From Haliotis rubra (taxonomy: Eukaryota), in the NCBI RefSeq assembly GCF_003918875.1, contig NW_025767446.1:1736001-1800000 (forward strand): 64,000 nucleotides of DNA, in the 5' to 3' direction. The notes beneath the pieces were generated by a model. The model did not search any database and was not told where the DNA came from. It worked only from the letters and a program-made list of their open reading frames with translations. Below, one piece after another: positions 1 through 12,929 of this stretch. Made by a program: the position numbers and the translations under genes. Each line of letters opens with the position of its first letter. Position 1 is the first letter of the stretch.

Positions 1-2379
1 CGTCCCAGTTTGCTTTTGAGACGACCCCTGTCTTGTTTGATTCGTTTACAATATTGTAAACTTGTTGGTTCTGTAATAACCCCTTTCTAAGCCAATGAAA
101 GGCTTACCGCTGTCTTTTTCAAGCACACAAAACGTATACACATTTGCAACAATCGACTGCAGATCATTGACCATAGTGGATGCTGTAATAAACATGTGCA
201 TGCTTGACGGGAAACGTATTTATTAAGACTAACATTTATATTAATATTTATTCAAACGATAATTAAGTAACCCAAACATTCAACATATATTTGTTTATTA
301 CAAACGTTAATTCATATCTTTACATCAACTGTATTATTTACATAAATGTAAAGCCTATTGAAAATTGTTCTTGTTGAAATCTGAAAACAATCTTGAGTTG
401 TTGTTTTGGTGCCAAATTGTCTCCTGTAAACTGATCTTTAAATGCACGGGAGTGTTAAATCGATTGAAATAAAAATTATGAAGACAATAGGCGAGATGAT
501 ATATGGACAACATCTTTATGAAAATATAAAAGCCCAAAAGCATTTTTCCAGCATTTCTAGCAGTACTTTATCAGTTATTTGATGGACATTTCTAACTTGG
601 ACATGCTTTGTTCTCTAGGTGAACGGATTGGTTTTAAATGAGTGCCTCAATATGAGCAATATGGTTTAGCAAAATCGTAAGCCCTAGTTCAACAATGACT
701 GATTTGCACGGTTTAGGCTACTGAGAGGTTAGCATCAGGAACCATACTTCGAAGTGCAGATTGTAAAATAATTCCTTCTGCTGACATGTAGTCTTCAGGC
801 AAACACCGATACAAGAAGAAGATCATACTTGATAGTGGTTAATCACGAAGAGAATATTTCTCATTCGAAATCTGAGTAAAGAAACACGAAAAAGTATTTC
901 TATCTCTCCCTTATGCGTCTACATAATAATTGGTGTTCTCAATTACAGGGCTAAATGAAGCTCCATATCCCAACACACTCCGTTGCTCATTGATATGAAC
1001 ACAACGGGTGACAACTGGTCCTTGTTTCAAGTCACACTTCATTTCTGTGCACTCAAATACTCTGGTAATAGATATTGTTGCCGTACTGTTTATACACAGT
1101 AATTGTATAACTTTATTGTAACAATGTATTCTACCCTATTGACTTACAAGAATGGAAGAAACCGGTGGTAGAGGTATATTCTTAAGAACTGACTCTCGAG
1201 ATATTTTTTGCTTCGATTGTTTTGGCTTTGTGTGGATAAGCCAGGAGATTGGAGATACAAAAACATTTTTAGATATTTTTAAACAAAGATTACAAGACTG
1301 TCTGACACTTATCTCTTTCAGAATCTTCGAAATGCAACTATTACTCTCAATACAAGTCACTACTAAATGTTGACAAAATATCTGCTTTCACATGAAATAC
1401 CATTATGCTGTAAAATAGCCATGGCAAGATTTAGATGCAACAACTTCAGACGAGCAATAAAAAGTGGACGACACGTGAAGAAAGTGGAAGACACGAAAGT
1501 GAATATCACAGGAGAAGAAAGACTGTGAACCTATTGTTATTCTAATAATATATCTCTCATTGATGATGAATATCATGTAATGATGGTTTGTGACAAGTAC
1601 AGCCAATTACGACAACTCTGCCTCCTTAACAACAACTGCTGTCCACCGACTCTCAGCAAGTTCATAAACCTGACGTCTACAGAAAACATAAAGACTATTA
1701 AACAAATCGGAAAATATCTCAGTAACTTTTAAAGCTACGCAATTAATTCCGCATTATTGATATATGTCAATGTCATCGCTATCATGCATGCGTAAATCTA
1801 TAACCAAATGCATATGCTATGTTCTAGGGGCCTGGGGCCTTAAAAATTGAATAAATTCTGCCTGTCTGTCTATCTGTCGGAATAGCAAGAGAGAAGAAAG
1901 GAAACCTTTGCTTGGTTTATTACATAATTTGACACGTAATCGACATTAGTAATATTTTTGTGAGTGTGAATAAATACACCCGCAGGAGTATGTGGTTGTA
2001 TGGAATGTGAGGAGGCGTCAGGAATTTTAATTTCAGAAGTAGATATGGTCTCAGTTGCAACTATTTGCAGCTGAAGAGGAACATTCATATCAGGAGTTTA
2101 TGATCACTTGCATATATATGACCTTTAACATTCCTATATGTAGTTCTCTTTCTCTTCATCTTTCGCAAGTTGTAAGGTTTCAGTTATTTGAGATAAGAGA
2201 GCTATAAGAGAGTTATTTGCAGATAGCATTCTCGGAAAATACATACTAATTTCCAGTTTATGATCATCAAAGGCAATGGGAGCGTGTTATTCACAAGGTG
2301 ACTCCAAGTATGTCACACACAAGACACTCACTGTCAAAAATGTAGCCAAAACTCGAAGCGTGTGTTAGTAATTGATATA

Positions 2380-2626
2380 CCCGTGAAGGTCCGGGTTAGA
2401 ATGATCTTCAGTAACCCATGCTTGTCGTAGAAGGCGACTAACGGGATCGGGTGGTCAGGCTCGCTGACTTGGTTGACACATGTCATCGGTTCCCAATTGC
2501 ATAGATCGATGCTCATGCCGTTGATCACTGGCTTGTCTGGTCCAGACTCGATTATTTACAGACCGCCACCATACAGCTGGAATATTGCTGAGCGCGGCGT
2601 AAAACTAAACTACTCACTCACTCACT
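2380..2626 (+). mobile_element. SINE-like retroposon family B (structured, non-tRNA 5' head), full length
   Basis: Starts CCCGTGAAGGTCCGGGTTAGAA, ends GCTGGAATATTGCTGAG...(CACT)n; imperfect TSD TAGTAATT(G/A)ATAT. Confidence 0.9.
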
Positions 2627-5386
2627 AGTAATTAATATGGTAAATTATAAAATAATATCTAACCAGAGTGAAAAAAGGTTTATTATTATCAATAAATGAT
2701 GAGATGATTATGCATGGACTGGTCGACTTGGGGTCACTACTGTTAAACTGTGAAATGATGAGTGGGTCTAGTCACACACGGAATATACGGATTGCTACAT
2801 TCAGTCATAAACATACGTCGCTATATATGAGCAATGTGGTTTAACAATACCTTAAACCCTTCTACATCTTACCTCCATTTTACAAGGATGACTGATATGT
2901 ATTGGTTTTACTGCTGAGAGAACTCTGTTAGAGTCCAGTTCGACGTGCATTAAAATCTTTCCTTCTTCTTGCATCCGGTCGTCACTGGTTCTAAGAACAA
3001 ACGTGATAACTAACTTGTTCCAGGTGTTTGTAACAGAATGTATTCGCAGTGGGACACCAGTGATTACGGTTGTGTGATGTCAGAAACAAAAGTGTACCCC
3101 ACAAGACAGCAGTGATAGTTGGTGTTTCCGCTTGATGCACTCCGATGGACAAGAATGACACTCTAGGATGATTAATAACAAAGCAACGTCTATCTGGAAG
3201 TGTGTATTTTCTTGTTTAACGGCACACTCAGCAATGTTTCTGTCTATATGACCAAGACTGGACAAGACGATGCAGTGATTGTCGACTAGATCCTGTTAGT
3301 CGCTTCCTGCGATAACCATGGGTTGCTGAGGACGACTTCTAGCTGGGGTCATCACTTGAATCGTGCAACATCGAATACCTTTGGACGTGTTAAGCGTGCT
3401 TGACAGGCGAAATCAAGACGAAAACTCTTATTTTTCGAAATCAGAGTACAGAAAAACACGGAAGAAATAGAATAAGAGAGTAAAGGGGTACACAACTGAG
3501 GAGTGTAACTTCAACTAAATATATCTTGTCGTCCCGGTCTGAAATTCAACTCACACGATTGCCCGTGCATGTATACATACACTTTAATTTAACACACAAG
3601 TGGCAATGCAGCGGCTAACTGTAAAATCAATGCATGACCTAATGTGACCTGCACATCAATCAAGGCCACTCATAACTTTCATTCAAATGCCTATCCCGCT
3701 GCCAGTTTATTTCGTGGCATCACGAAAATACGAAACCAATGACAGTAGAGGGAGAATAACATGTACAGCAAAAGAAGATCGTCTCACTTAGATCCACAAC
3801 CGCCTGACAATAGCGACACTTACACTTGAGGCAAGGTAATAAGGAGATAATATGTCTAATTCGCTGAGATTCCATTGATGCCACACCGAATCATGATGTG
3901 CGGCAGATATGAAGATAATCAATAGAAGTTAAGTATTTAGTCAGACGCTGTAGTATAAAAATTAGATATATTCTTGGAGATGTGCTCAAGTGAAAAATGG
4001 TTGAACCTAATCATAAACCATGAAATGTGATCACATACGCCGCTAGCGGTGGAAGGCTTCATTAAAGTCGCATCTTTTTCTTTTTTATATAATGTTTTTA
4101 TTGTTCCCAGGGGTACATCATTAAAACACCATTTCACATTTTTTAGAGTTTGTTAGATAGAGTTCCAAAATACACAAAAGTCCTAATTTTCACATCAAAA
4201 TAACGTACCGAAAATAGAGTCTATTTTTATTGTTAAGTTGGGAATATAGATCTCCATTTTGTGTCATGACTTTGGAGGCTATTATGTTTAATTGCAATGA
4301 ACTTTTCCACATTGAAAATTTCTCTCAAAACAAACATGAACTTTTGAAGTTTTGGAATGTGTTGGTTAATCCCACATAAATGGATATCTTTTTTGGCAGT
4401 TAGGATAATATGGTTTAATAATCTATCTGTGTATAATGGTCCAAATCAAACAAGATATTTTGTTATTTTAGTTGTGTTCTCAATATGATTGAAGTCGCAT
4501 CTTGCTGTATGTATAATCTCAATTTTTATGAACTAAAGTCATAATTAAATAATATTATTAGTCTACGGCCAATTTATTCATAGCTGGCAAAATGGCAAAG
4601 CAGAAGTGAAACTTGAAATGATCATTTGTAACGATTCAAGATAATATTCAAATCGGAGGCATACTAAAATACTTAAAGTGGTCGCCAACCAAATTTGTGA
4701 CCAATGTTTTCATATATTTGAGCTAATTTTAATGTAGTTGTGATTACAATACAAAATATACTATCAAAGGAGTAGGGAATATTCCATATTGGGTAGACGC
4801 TATTTGGGAACCAAGTGTATGATTGAGAAAATGAGTGTTTTGAATTTGTGCTAATATGCAAATTTCGTACAAGCGTTTTATATGATGTGCACGTGAACCG
4901 GGGTAAAATTCGAAATCAACGGTGAAGTGTGTGCACAATTCAGTGACAAAAAACACACTTAAAGATGTGCTTATATTTTCTGAAACTTCCAAAGTTTTTT
5001 CACAAACGGCGACATATCAGGAACGTCTTGACATCCTCATTGTGTACTGGGATATCTCATTCCATATTTATTGGACGATCCTCAGCAAACTTTTGAGTGG
5101 TATATATGGATCTTGGGGATTTCCTGCTCGCTTCCCCAACAGGGTTTCTGCTATCAGTTCCCCTATTAAACGTTTGCCAAAGTTGAAAAATGAAACGATA
5201 GGAAGGTAAGGAAGCACTTGTTAATAATAAGAATATAAAGGTGGCAAGATCCGTTAAGGGATCACCATCAAATAGAGATGGTGAGGGTGTGTAGTCGCAG
5301 AAACGTATTTGTTGTATGTAGGCACGGTTTATTGAACAGAAACAGGTACAGGGAACACAACCGTCGATCAAAGAATGAAATCCTTG

Positions 5387-6790
5387 CTACAATTCTGTAA
5401 TTCTAAAAGTCACAAGAGTGTCATATCTTTCAAGGAATAACTCCTGTGCATAATCATACAACAAGAAATCATATTTGTTGAGATTAGAAATAGTCTCCAC
5501 ATCTTCTCGTGAAATGTCAAAAGACATGAATGTTTCCATATGGAGTGGGTGAACATATTTATCGACTATTTTTAACTGAAACGTTTCTTCAAACAAGACT
5601 TGAGTCATGTACGAATACTCCGTTATTCCAAAGAATGGCATATGTTTGAGGGTATCTTTGGCACTGCTTAACATTTTATCATAACAATGGTTTTCGGACA
5701 TTCTTGTTGCAGAAAGGCATTCGTGTAAGGACATGTTTGCTAACATTCGTGTTTGTCTGTTGAATGCGGGGTTCTGTGGACAGCTAACAAATGTTTTGAA
5801 ACTGACATCTTTCCCGTTGGCCATCGCATGACATTCTCGATTTGCATTGTCCATTTTAGCAGCAGGTATCTGAGACCACTTAGGCCATCCACGCGTTCGG
5901 ACCTCAAGCCACTCATTGTAGAAATGATGTGCCGGGTTCCGTAGAAGTGTCCAGTAAAGATACCTGAAAGAGAATGTGTATCATGTTTTAGATAGCTATT
6001 GAGAGACAAATGTATACATAAACATTTTCGGATACTAGGATTCGTCAAACTAGAAAGGTTTCACTTGGAACGATTACATCCTATTTATGAACGAGGATAT
6101 ATATTAGGGATCGCACAATCGAGTTGCTTTCTTATTTATGTGTAAAAGTTATTGTCAGTCTTATTTACAATAGAAGAAATCAACGATATGAAATTCTTCT
6201 TAAGCAAGAGCAACGATACTTAGGGGAAATGCATGCTTCTCAAAATAAACCAATGTACTTAGACAGAACTAAAGGCATTCCAGATGTTTTCATTTGATAC
6301 TTATATAAATTAGTATTACGTGCCTCATTCTCTTATATCGCCTCCGATGAATTCCAAGGTCTCGGGAGGCGCGAATACACGCCCACAGCGTCCTCAAACC
6401 TGGATACATGCCACACGGCCATGGATGCTTAATATTGGACAATAAGACTGATTCTCTGTAATAGTCATAACAATAGCAGTCTGGTTGCCCATCACATTCA
6501 GGACAGGGGCCATATAGAAGGCCGTTCAGTAGCAGAGTCGATAAATCTTCGGCACCAGTGAAGGGTATTTGGACGAAGACCAGGACGTCATAACCTCTCT
6601 TGTGAATGTAAAATCTCTGTACATTATTTCCGAACACGTTCTGTGGATCACCAGGTATGGGTTCTAAAAATGAGTCAAACATTTCAACAGCATTGTCTGT
6701 ACGTGTGGACGTTGTCAGTATAACGTGGAGCCATAGTATGCCTAGTAATCCAACGACGGATATAAATCCTACAAGCAGGAATTTTGTCAT
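5387..6790 (-). CDS. Heparan-sulfate 6-O-sulfotransferase-like type II membrane protein (divergent), 2 coding exons, ~347 aa
   Basis: Exons 6324-6790 (MTKFLLVG..., N-terminal TM helix) and 5387-5963 (YLYWTLLRNPAHHFYNEW...NPAFNRQTRMLAN...SAKDTLKHMPFFGITEY...LFEETFQLK...LNKYDFLLYDYAQELFLERY). These match the HS6ST blocks YITxLRDPxxRYLSEW, NLAxNRQxRMLAD, SAKxNLxxMAFFGLTE and LNxLDxxLYxYAxxLF. 467+577=1044 nt, in frame with donor AG|GCACGT at 6323 and acceptor TTTCAG at 5964. A 5'UTR acceptor lies at 6826 and a probable upstream non-coding exon donor (GTAAGC) at 7446. Confidence 0.85.
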
Positions 6791-6992
6791 AAGGAAATCC
6801 GACCAGACGAAAGCACCTAACAAATCTGGAAAAGAACACATGTATTGGATAAGTGGGCGAAGCAAATCAATTACTATCACAACATAAGACAGCTATCCCA
6901 TTTATCATGAATGGATTATATGAAATCTTCATAGTCATCCTTTATTGTGTCAAAGTGACATTTAAGCCATATTCTCACAATCAAAACATCAT

Positions 6993-6996
<4 letters not shown>

Positions 6997-7053
<57 letters not shown>
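6997..7053. repeat. (TA)n microsatellite
   Basis: Direct reading. Confidence 0.95.
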
Positions 7054-7056
<3 letters not shown>

Positions 7057-9068
7057 ATAGATAAATAAACACCGAATGCTCAATATATTATTTTGTTTTG
7101 AAAGATGTGAATCATGTTTCGAGTGGCAATGTTGGCAGCATCCAAGTACACGGCGGTATGGTAGCCAAGAGGTTAACGTCATTCGCTCATCAAGCAAAAG
7201 ACAAAGATTTCTTTCTTAGATTTCCAAGAAAGATGCAATGTGTAAAGTCTACTAAAGACCATTTCTGGTATCTCCTGTCGTGATATTGCTAGAATATTGC
7301 CTACATTTATGCTAATATAAACATAATATACTTATTTAAAACATGAAATAACGTCTAAAAAAACTTCATGAGATTTATCGGGTTCTCATAGCGTATGTAC
7401 CACAATGACAACCAATATCTTCTGTATGTTTACTTTGGTTGCTTACCCTCTTCAGAGGAAATCCACAGGCAACGAGAAGATGCTGAAAGTAAAGGGATTA
7501 TACTGGGATAATATGAGAAGTTACTTGTATATGCGGTGACACATGTAGAGATACCTACAGCATTTACCGAAGAGCAATTCTTTACGAACCTTCAAAGTCT
7601 TCACAGAACTAAAGGAGACGACATCCACACTTCATCAGATGTTGCTCCTGAACGTTTGCATGCCATTTTTATTTCAAAGTTCTGAGTTAGTGAGGTGTGA
7701 TTAAAAAGAACAGGCGCAACTGCAGCTTTGAAATAAGGAATCGACCAAAAGAGATTTCAACACACAAAGTAGAGTTATCAGGAGATTTTGAACTGGATTG
7801 CTACGTAACGACATATACAGCAGAACGGCAGCATCTGTCTCTGCAGTGTTTGGTGTATGGAAGTCCCATTCTTCTAAGTGCCATAACTCATTATAGAGTG
7901 ACGTAACCTGAAGGATGAAAACGTATATCCATACAGCTTTACAGATTTACATGAAGCTCTTAGAACATACATACTTATTTTACTGGGTTTTTTCTTTACC
8001 TTAACCGTATTTACGTAATATATAGTTTACAATACGCCTGTAACATTCCATACACACAGCGCAATGTACAGATGATAGGAGCCTTCATTTACTTACAACC
8101 GTGCATGTATGTGTATTTATCCACAAGCAATGCCGTATGATCCCCAAAGAGTTGAGATTGGTAATACGATGTGCCGTTTGAAATCCAATGATCGATGGAA
8201 AACACAAAGCGCCTCTGAGCAGCTGAGCTAGATATTTGCGCTATACAAATATTAGAATTATAACAGTAATCTGATACCCAAAGGTTCAGTAATGCTGTAT
8301 AAGTGATAACCATTAACATAGTGTTTTATTGTCTTTCTTTCTTGCACAAACTGGTGAAACTGGTGCATTTTTCAGCTGTACATGTATGCTCATAGCAAAA
8401 TGTATTCTTAACAAACCCCTCACTGTTTAATTCGAAATAATCCGGCGGCTGTGCATAAACCGCATTCATTGTATGAGTTCAACGATGAAACATTGAATCC
8501 TCGTGGTTTAACTTATGGCAACCAACATATTTTTTCAGATCAAAAACAGATATCATATTGTTTTAATTCAAAGCGTCCTGTCATAACGTTTCGAAGATCC
8601 TTCCATTAAGGTTCTTATTGTTTTGTTGACTGCTCTTCAGTTTGTATGAGACATACATGTATATGAAGTTTGCTTGCATTTTTCTGCTTGTCAGTAATTT
8701 ATGCGCCCCAAATTAAACCACCCCAACACACATAGTTAGTTTTTGGCATTTTGAGGAAGGTCGTAGCTCAAAAACGGAAACTGCTTTAAAAAAGCCTGTA
8801 TCAAGGGAATCCTTGATTTTTTTTACCAATGTCAGTTGATGCAAACAAACCAGAGTTGTCATCAATACTTTGTGTAATCACCCTGTATACGAACGAAAGA
8901 CTGCCACCACACGCCACATAATTCAGAATGTGCAAAATCCGTCGCACTTATGGTATTTTGGTCAACAAGTTCACTCAAAGTATGGACAGGTGGGTCTCGC
9001 GAACATGACGGCCTTGATGGCCAAGGGAATGCCTTTCGATGGCATTCTGACGTAAACATGCCATAACA

Positions 9069-9313
9069 CCCGTGAAGGTCCGGGTTAGAATATTGATATT
9101 CAGCAACCCATGCTTGTCCTAAGAGGCGATTAATGGGATCGGGTGGTCAGGCTCGCAGACTTGGTTGACACATGTTATCGGTTCCCAATTGCGCAGATCG
9201 ACGCTCATGCTGTTAATCACTGGATTGTCTGGTCCAGACTCGATTATTTATAGACCGCCGCCATATAGCTGGAATATTGCTTAGTGCGGCGTAAAACTAA
9301 ACTCACTCACTCA
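9069..9313 (+). mobile_element. Family B retroposon, full length
   Basis: Same sequence as the 2380 copy; TSD ACATGCCATAACA on both sides. Confidence 0.92.
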
Positions 9314-10917
9314 CATGCCATAACAGCAAATTATCTCTGAGGTCCAGCATTGTCATCCATGAAGACAGAAATACCTCTTGCGCAATTTCACCAATGAAAT
9401 AAAGAACAGGATGTCGACAACAGCAATTTAGAAAAAAAAATTTTTCTAGCTTAACTGCATGAGTTTCGTAATGTTGGTTTCCATTCGATACTTCGCTCTG
9501 AAAAATATTTTTATGGAGTTTTAAAACAAATAAAAATTCTGGAATGATTAACCGATAATTGTATGGCAGTCCTTCCATTGGGCTTACAAATGGTCTTCAT
9601 TTTCAATTGTTTATCCAACTGAATCAGCCGTACAGGCTTTAAATACTGTTTGGAATGCCAAGTGTTAATCTTTTCAAGGTATTATGACTAAACAATACAT
9701 TCGTACTTAGACTTGTGGATGAAACATCGTTGTCCCGTGACCCGTAATAGAATGTCATCAAATCTTCCGATCACTAGCATTAGATTTTATTATATTGTTT
9801 TAAATAGTATTCCGTTTGATGTGGGATTAAAGCTACCGTGATTAGATAAGTGAGACCAGCAGAAAATATTTTTTGAAGAATATCGCGACACTTCAGGGCT
9901 GCGTGAGCAACTATTTACAATCAAATCACGCAATGAGACCACTTGATTCTCCCTTTACTCGGCTCCAACAGCAAACAGGAATGCCGGGGATATATATGCA
10001 TCATCACAAGGGAGTTAACTAACTGTAAAAGTCCAGTTCCGTCTTCATAGCACAGGAATTTCTGAGTTATATATTTTGGCTGGTCTGAAGAGGGTTTGTA
10101 TAGTCTAGTCAAGATGGAGTAAAGAAACGACATTCTATTCGTAAACAACGTGGCGACTGGAAAGCAGATTTTGGTCTATTGCAGGATTTGCTGATCGTGT
10201 GTTTGGCAACCATGGCTATTTTACAGATCCTTTCATGTTTGTAATCACCGTGTTCAAATGTGGTACATTCCACAGGCACTGACAGGGAATGTGAAAGCTT
10301 TCTTCAGTTAACTTGATCAGTTTTTCTTGACTGTGCGCCGCCATTTTGTCTGAAGGGGATACAAGGGGTGGCGTCTGATAGCAGATGGGGGAGCCCGTAC
10401 AAGGGGCATAACTCACAAAAATGAGCTAGGAAATTCTTGTCAAGCTCAACAGCAACAGACCCTACCTATTGTTTGGTCGGGTAGGTGGGGAGACGAGATA
10501 TTCTCTGAGAAAGATCTTGCTTTGTTGCATGTTCATCTAAATGTTGTCATTTGTTTGTCAAATGGGTCTGATCGTTACATATGCGTAGATCTGAGTTGAC
10601 AGGTGAATGCTAAGCTGTTTCAGACGTGAGGCCTTTTATAGCGAATATAACAACTTACAGAAATATATCTTATGTGCTATATTCTTACTGAAAGGCCAGA
10701 AGTCGACTCAGAAGTTTTAATGAACCATCTACTGAATTGCCTGGACACCTGGTGTCATCGCTGATTTTCAGTGATTATTGCAGATAGTTTTCGTCAATAT
10801 ATTTCCAATAGAATGTGTTTTGGAGGATAATCCGGACTGGTTATGCTTTGACGTTGGTGTTTTATGTTTTTCTTGTCGTGAGATCAATAATTTACATGCG
10901 TGTTACACCCACAGTAT

Positions 10918-11163
10918 TGAGTGAGTGAGTGAGTTTAGTTTTACGCCGAACTCAGCAATATTCCAGCTACATGGCGGCGGCTTGTAAATAATCGAGTCTG
11001 GACCAGACAATCCAGTGATCAACAGCATAAGCATCGATCCACGCAATTAGGAACCGATGACGTGTCAACCAAGTCAGCGAGCCTGACCACCCGATCCCGT
11101 TGGTCGCTTCTTACTAAATGCATACGTTACTGAAGATCAATTCTAATCCGGATCTTCACGGGT
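10918..11163 (-). mobile_element. Family B retroposon, full length
   Basis: Reverse-complement copy; (GAGT)n tail at left, ...CTTCACGGG head at right. Confidence 0.9.
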
Positions 11164-11339
11164 TCCTCAGCATTGAAAAATGTATTGTCCAACCAATAAA
11201 ATGAGAATAGGCTGTAACTGCACCTGTGCAGATGTGAGAGTTTGTACTGTTACATCTTAAACCAAATGAAATGGAGATTAGGTGCCTTACTCTGTTGGTT
11301 CGAATCAATGATGGGAGTCAACCCAAAGCGTACCAGAGT

Positions 11340-11585
11340 GTGTGAGTGAGTGAGTTTAGTTTTACGCTGCACTCAGCAATATTCCAGCTAAATGGCGGCG
11401 GTCTGTAAATAATCGAGTCTGGACCAGAGAATCCAGTGTTCAAAAGCATGAGCATCGATCTGCGCAATTGGGAACCGATGACATGTGTCAACCAAGCCAG
11501 TGAGCCTGACCACCCGATGCCGTTGGTCGCCTCTTACGACAAGCATGGGTTACTGAAGGTTCATTCTAACCCGGACCTTCACGGG
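11340..11585 (-). mobile_element. Family B retroposon, full length
   Basis: Reverse-complement copy; TSD AGCGTACCAGA. Confidence 0.9.
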
Positions 11586-12360
11586 TCAGCGTACCAGAAG
11601 AGGTATCTTACTGAGAAAGTGTAACCTCAAGTATAAAAAAATTGCTGCAATTGAAACAATTAATCTGGTTGAACTTTACGGTTTGACTCTGCATTTACTT
11701 CTTTGATCCAGGATATTTTGAGGCAACAACCCTCCCTCTCCCCAACGTTGTGGATGAAGTCACAAGGTGCCTTAAAGTGCAGTATAGTGTTGCCATCTGA
11801 TGCGCTTGAAGATGATAATCATTCTGGGTCAGGGTCTTCTCTATCAGTTTCATAAGCCTTACACAACCTAAGTTATACTGCGTACATACATGAAGAAGAA
11901 AGGGATTTTTCCACACTGAGAAATGACTACTTGTCAAGTATCCTGGTTTATGTTACATGTAACATTTACGCAACGTATGGTTTTACAGTCTATATCATGT
12001 ATGTTTTCATTATACTTAGAACGCGAGGTCTTTCGGTGAAACAAGCAGTGTAAAGATCTGTTACATATACTGCACTACAAATGTAGTCCAGGTTACGCAA
12101 TAGGAGGTGATATATTGAGATGATGGATTCGTGATATAAACACGACCGACTCTCGGCTTCACAGCTGAAATGCATGTATGTAAAGTATTGAAGGGACACA
12201 AGCACTTATGTCATACATCGCAACCGTGCAATTTTCTTCCTACAACATGAGCTTGTATTTGTGCATCAATATCATACAGTGGTGATCATCCATGCAGGTG
12301 TATGCACCTTAGTAACTGTTATTCATTTGTACAGCGCGTATTTCCAATGTAGCATGCTGT

Positions 12361-12545
12361 AATTATTATCCCGGATAACCCAAGCAGCCTGTAGGCGCTA
12401 AAAGGTAAATAGCCACATGTCATATCCCGTCGGGTACCCATTGCTGGATGAACAGGGGCAATTTTGAACAAACTCACTTGCCTAAGGTGAGACTACATGT
12501 GTCACATGTGCTTCGTTGTGGGGCAGGATTGAAGTCCTAGAAACC
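12361..12545 (-). mobile_element. Headless second copy of the SINE3 family
   Basis: Closely similar to 14300-14493 (TTATCCCGGATAACCCAAG...GAAGTCCTAGAAACC). Confidence 0.8.
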
Positions 12546-12776
12546 ATGAATATGCTTGCATACCATTTGACATTGTCTGGACTTTCGCCGACTTGGTTGA
12601 CACATATTACTGTATCCCAATTCCTTAGATCGATGCTCATGATGGAATCACTGGATTGTCTAGTCCAAACTCGATTATTTACTGACCGCTATATAGCTGG
12701 ATCATTGTTGAGTGCGACGTTAAACAACAAACATTACATTAGTGTTAAAGTCATCGTAGAGGCATAGTTATTTATT

Positions 12777-12929
12777 GTGGTTAAAGCGTTGGCCCGTCAC
12801 GCCGAAGACCCGGGTTCGAATCCCCACATGGGTACAATGTGTGAAGCCCATTTCTGGTGTCCCCCCGCCGTGATGTTGCTGGAATATTGCTAAAAGCGGC
12901 GTAAAACCAAACTCAGTCAGTCAGTCAGT
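12777..12929 (+). mobile_element. tRNA-derived SINE family A
   Basis: B box GGTTCGAATCC, body CACATGGGTACAATGTGTGAAGCCC, (CAGT)n tail. Confidence 0.88.

Noticed and set aside
2380-2455. Assigning the family B head to hammerhead, twister, pistol or canonical HDV ribozyme classes
   Set aside because: It lacks CUGANGA/GAAA and the twister and pistol consensus cores, and has no P1 strand upstream of the putative P2. Left unclassified.
8860-9900. Decayed coding sequence around the 9069 SINE
   Set aside because: Multiple stops and no recognisable protein family.
10216-10416. Gene start at CAAAATGGCGGCGC (MAAHSQEK...) or YY1 site
   Set aside because: No downstream exons or recognisable homology; a single motif is insufficient.
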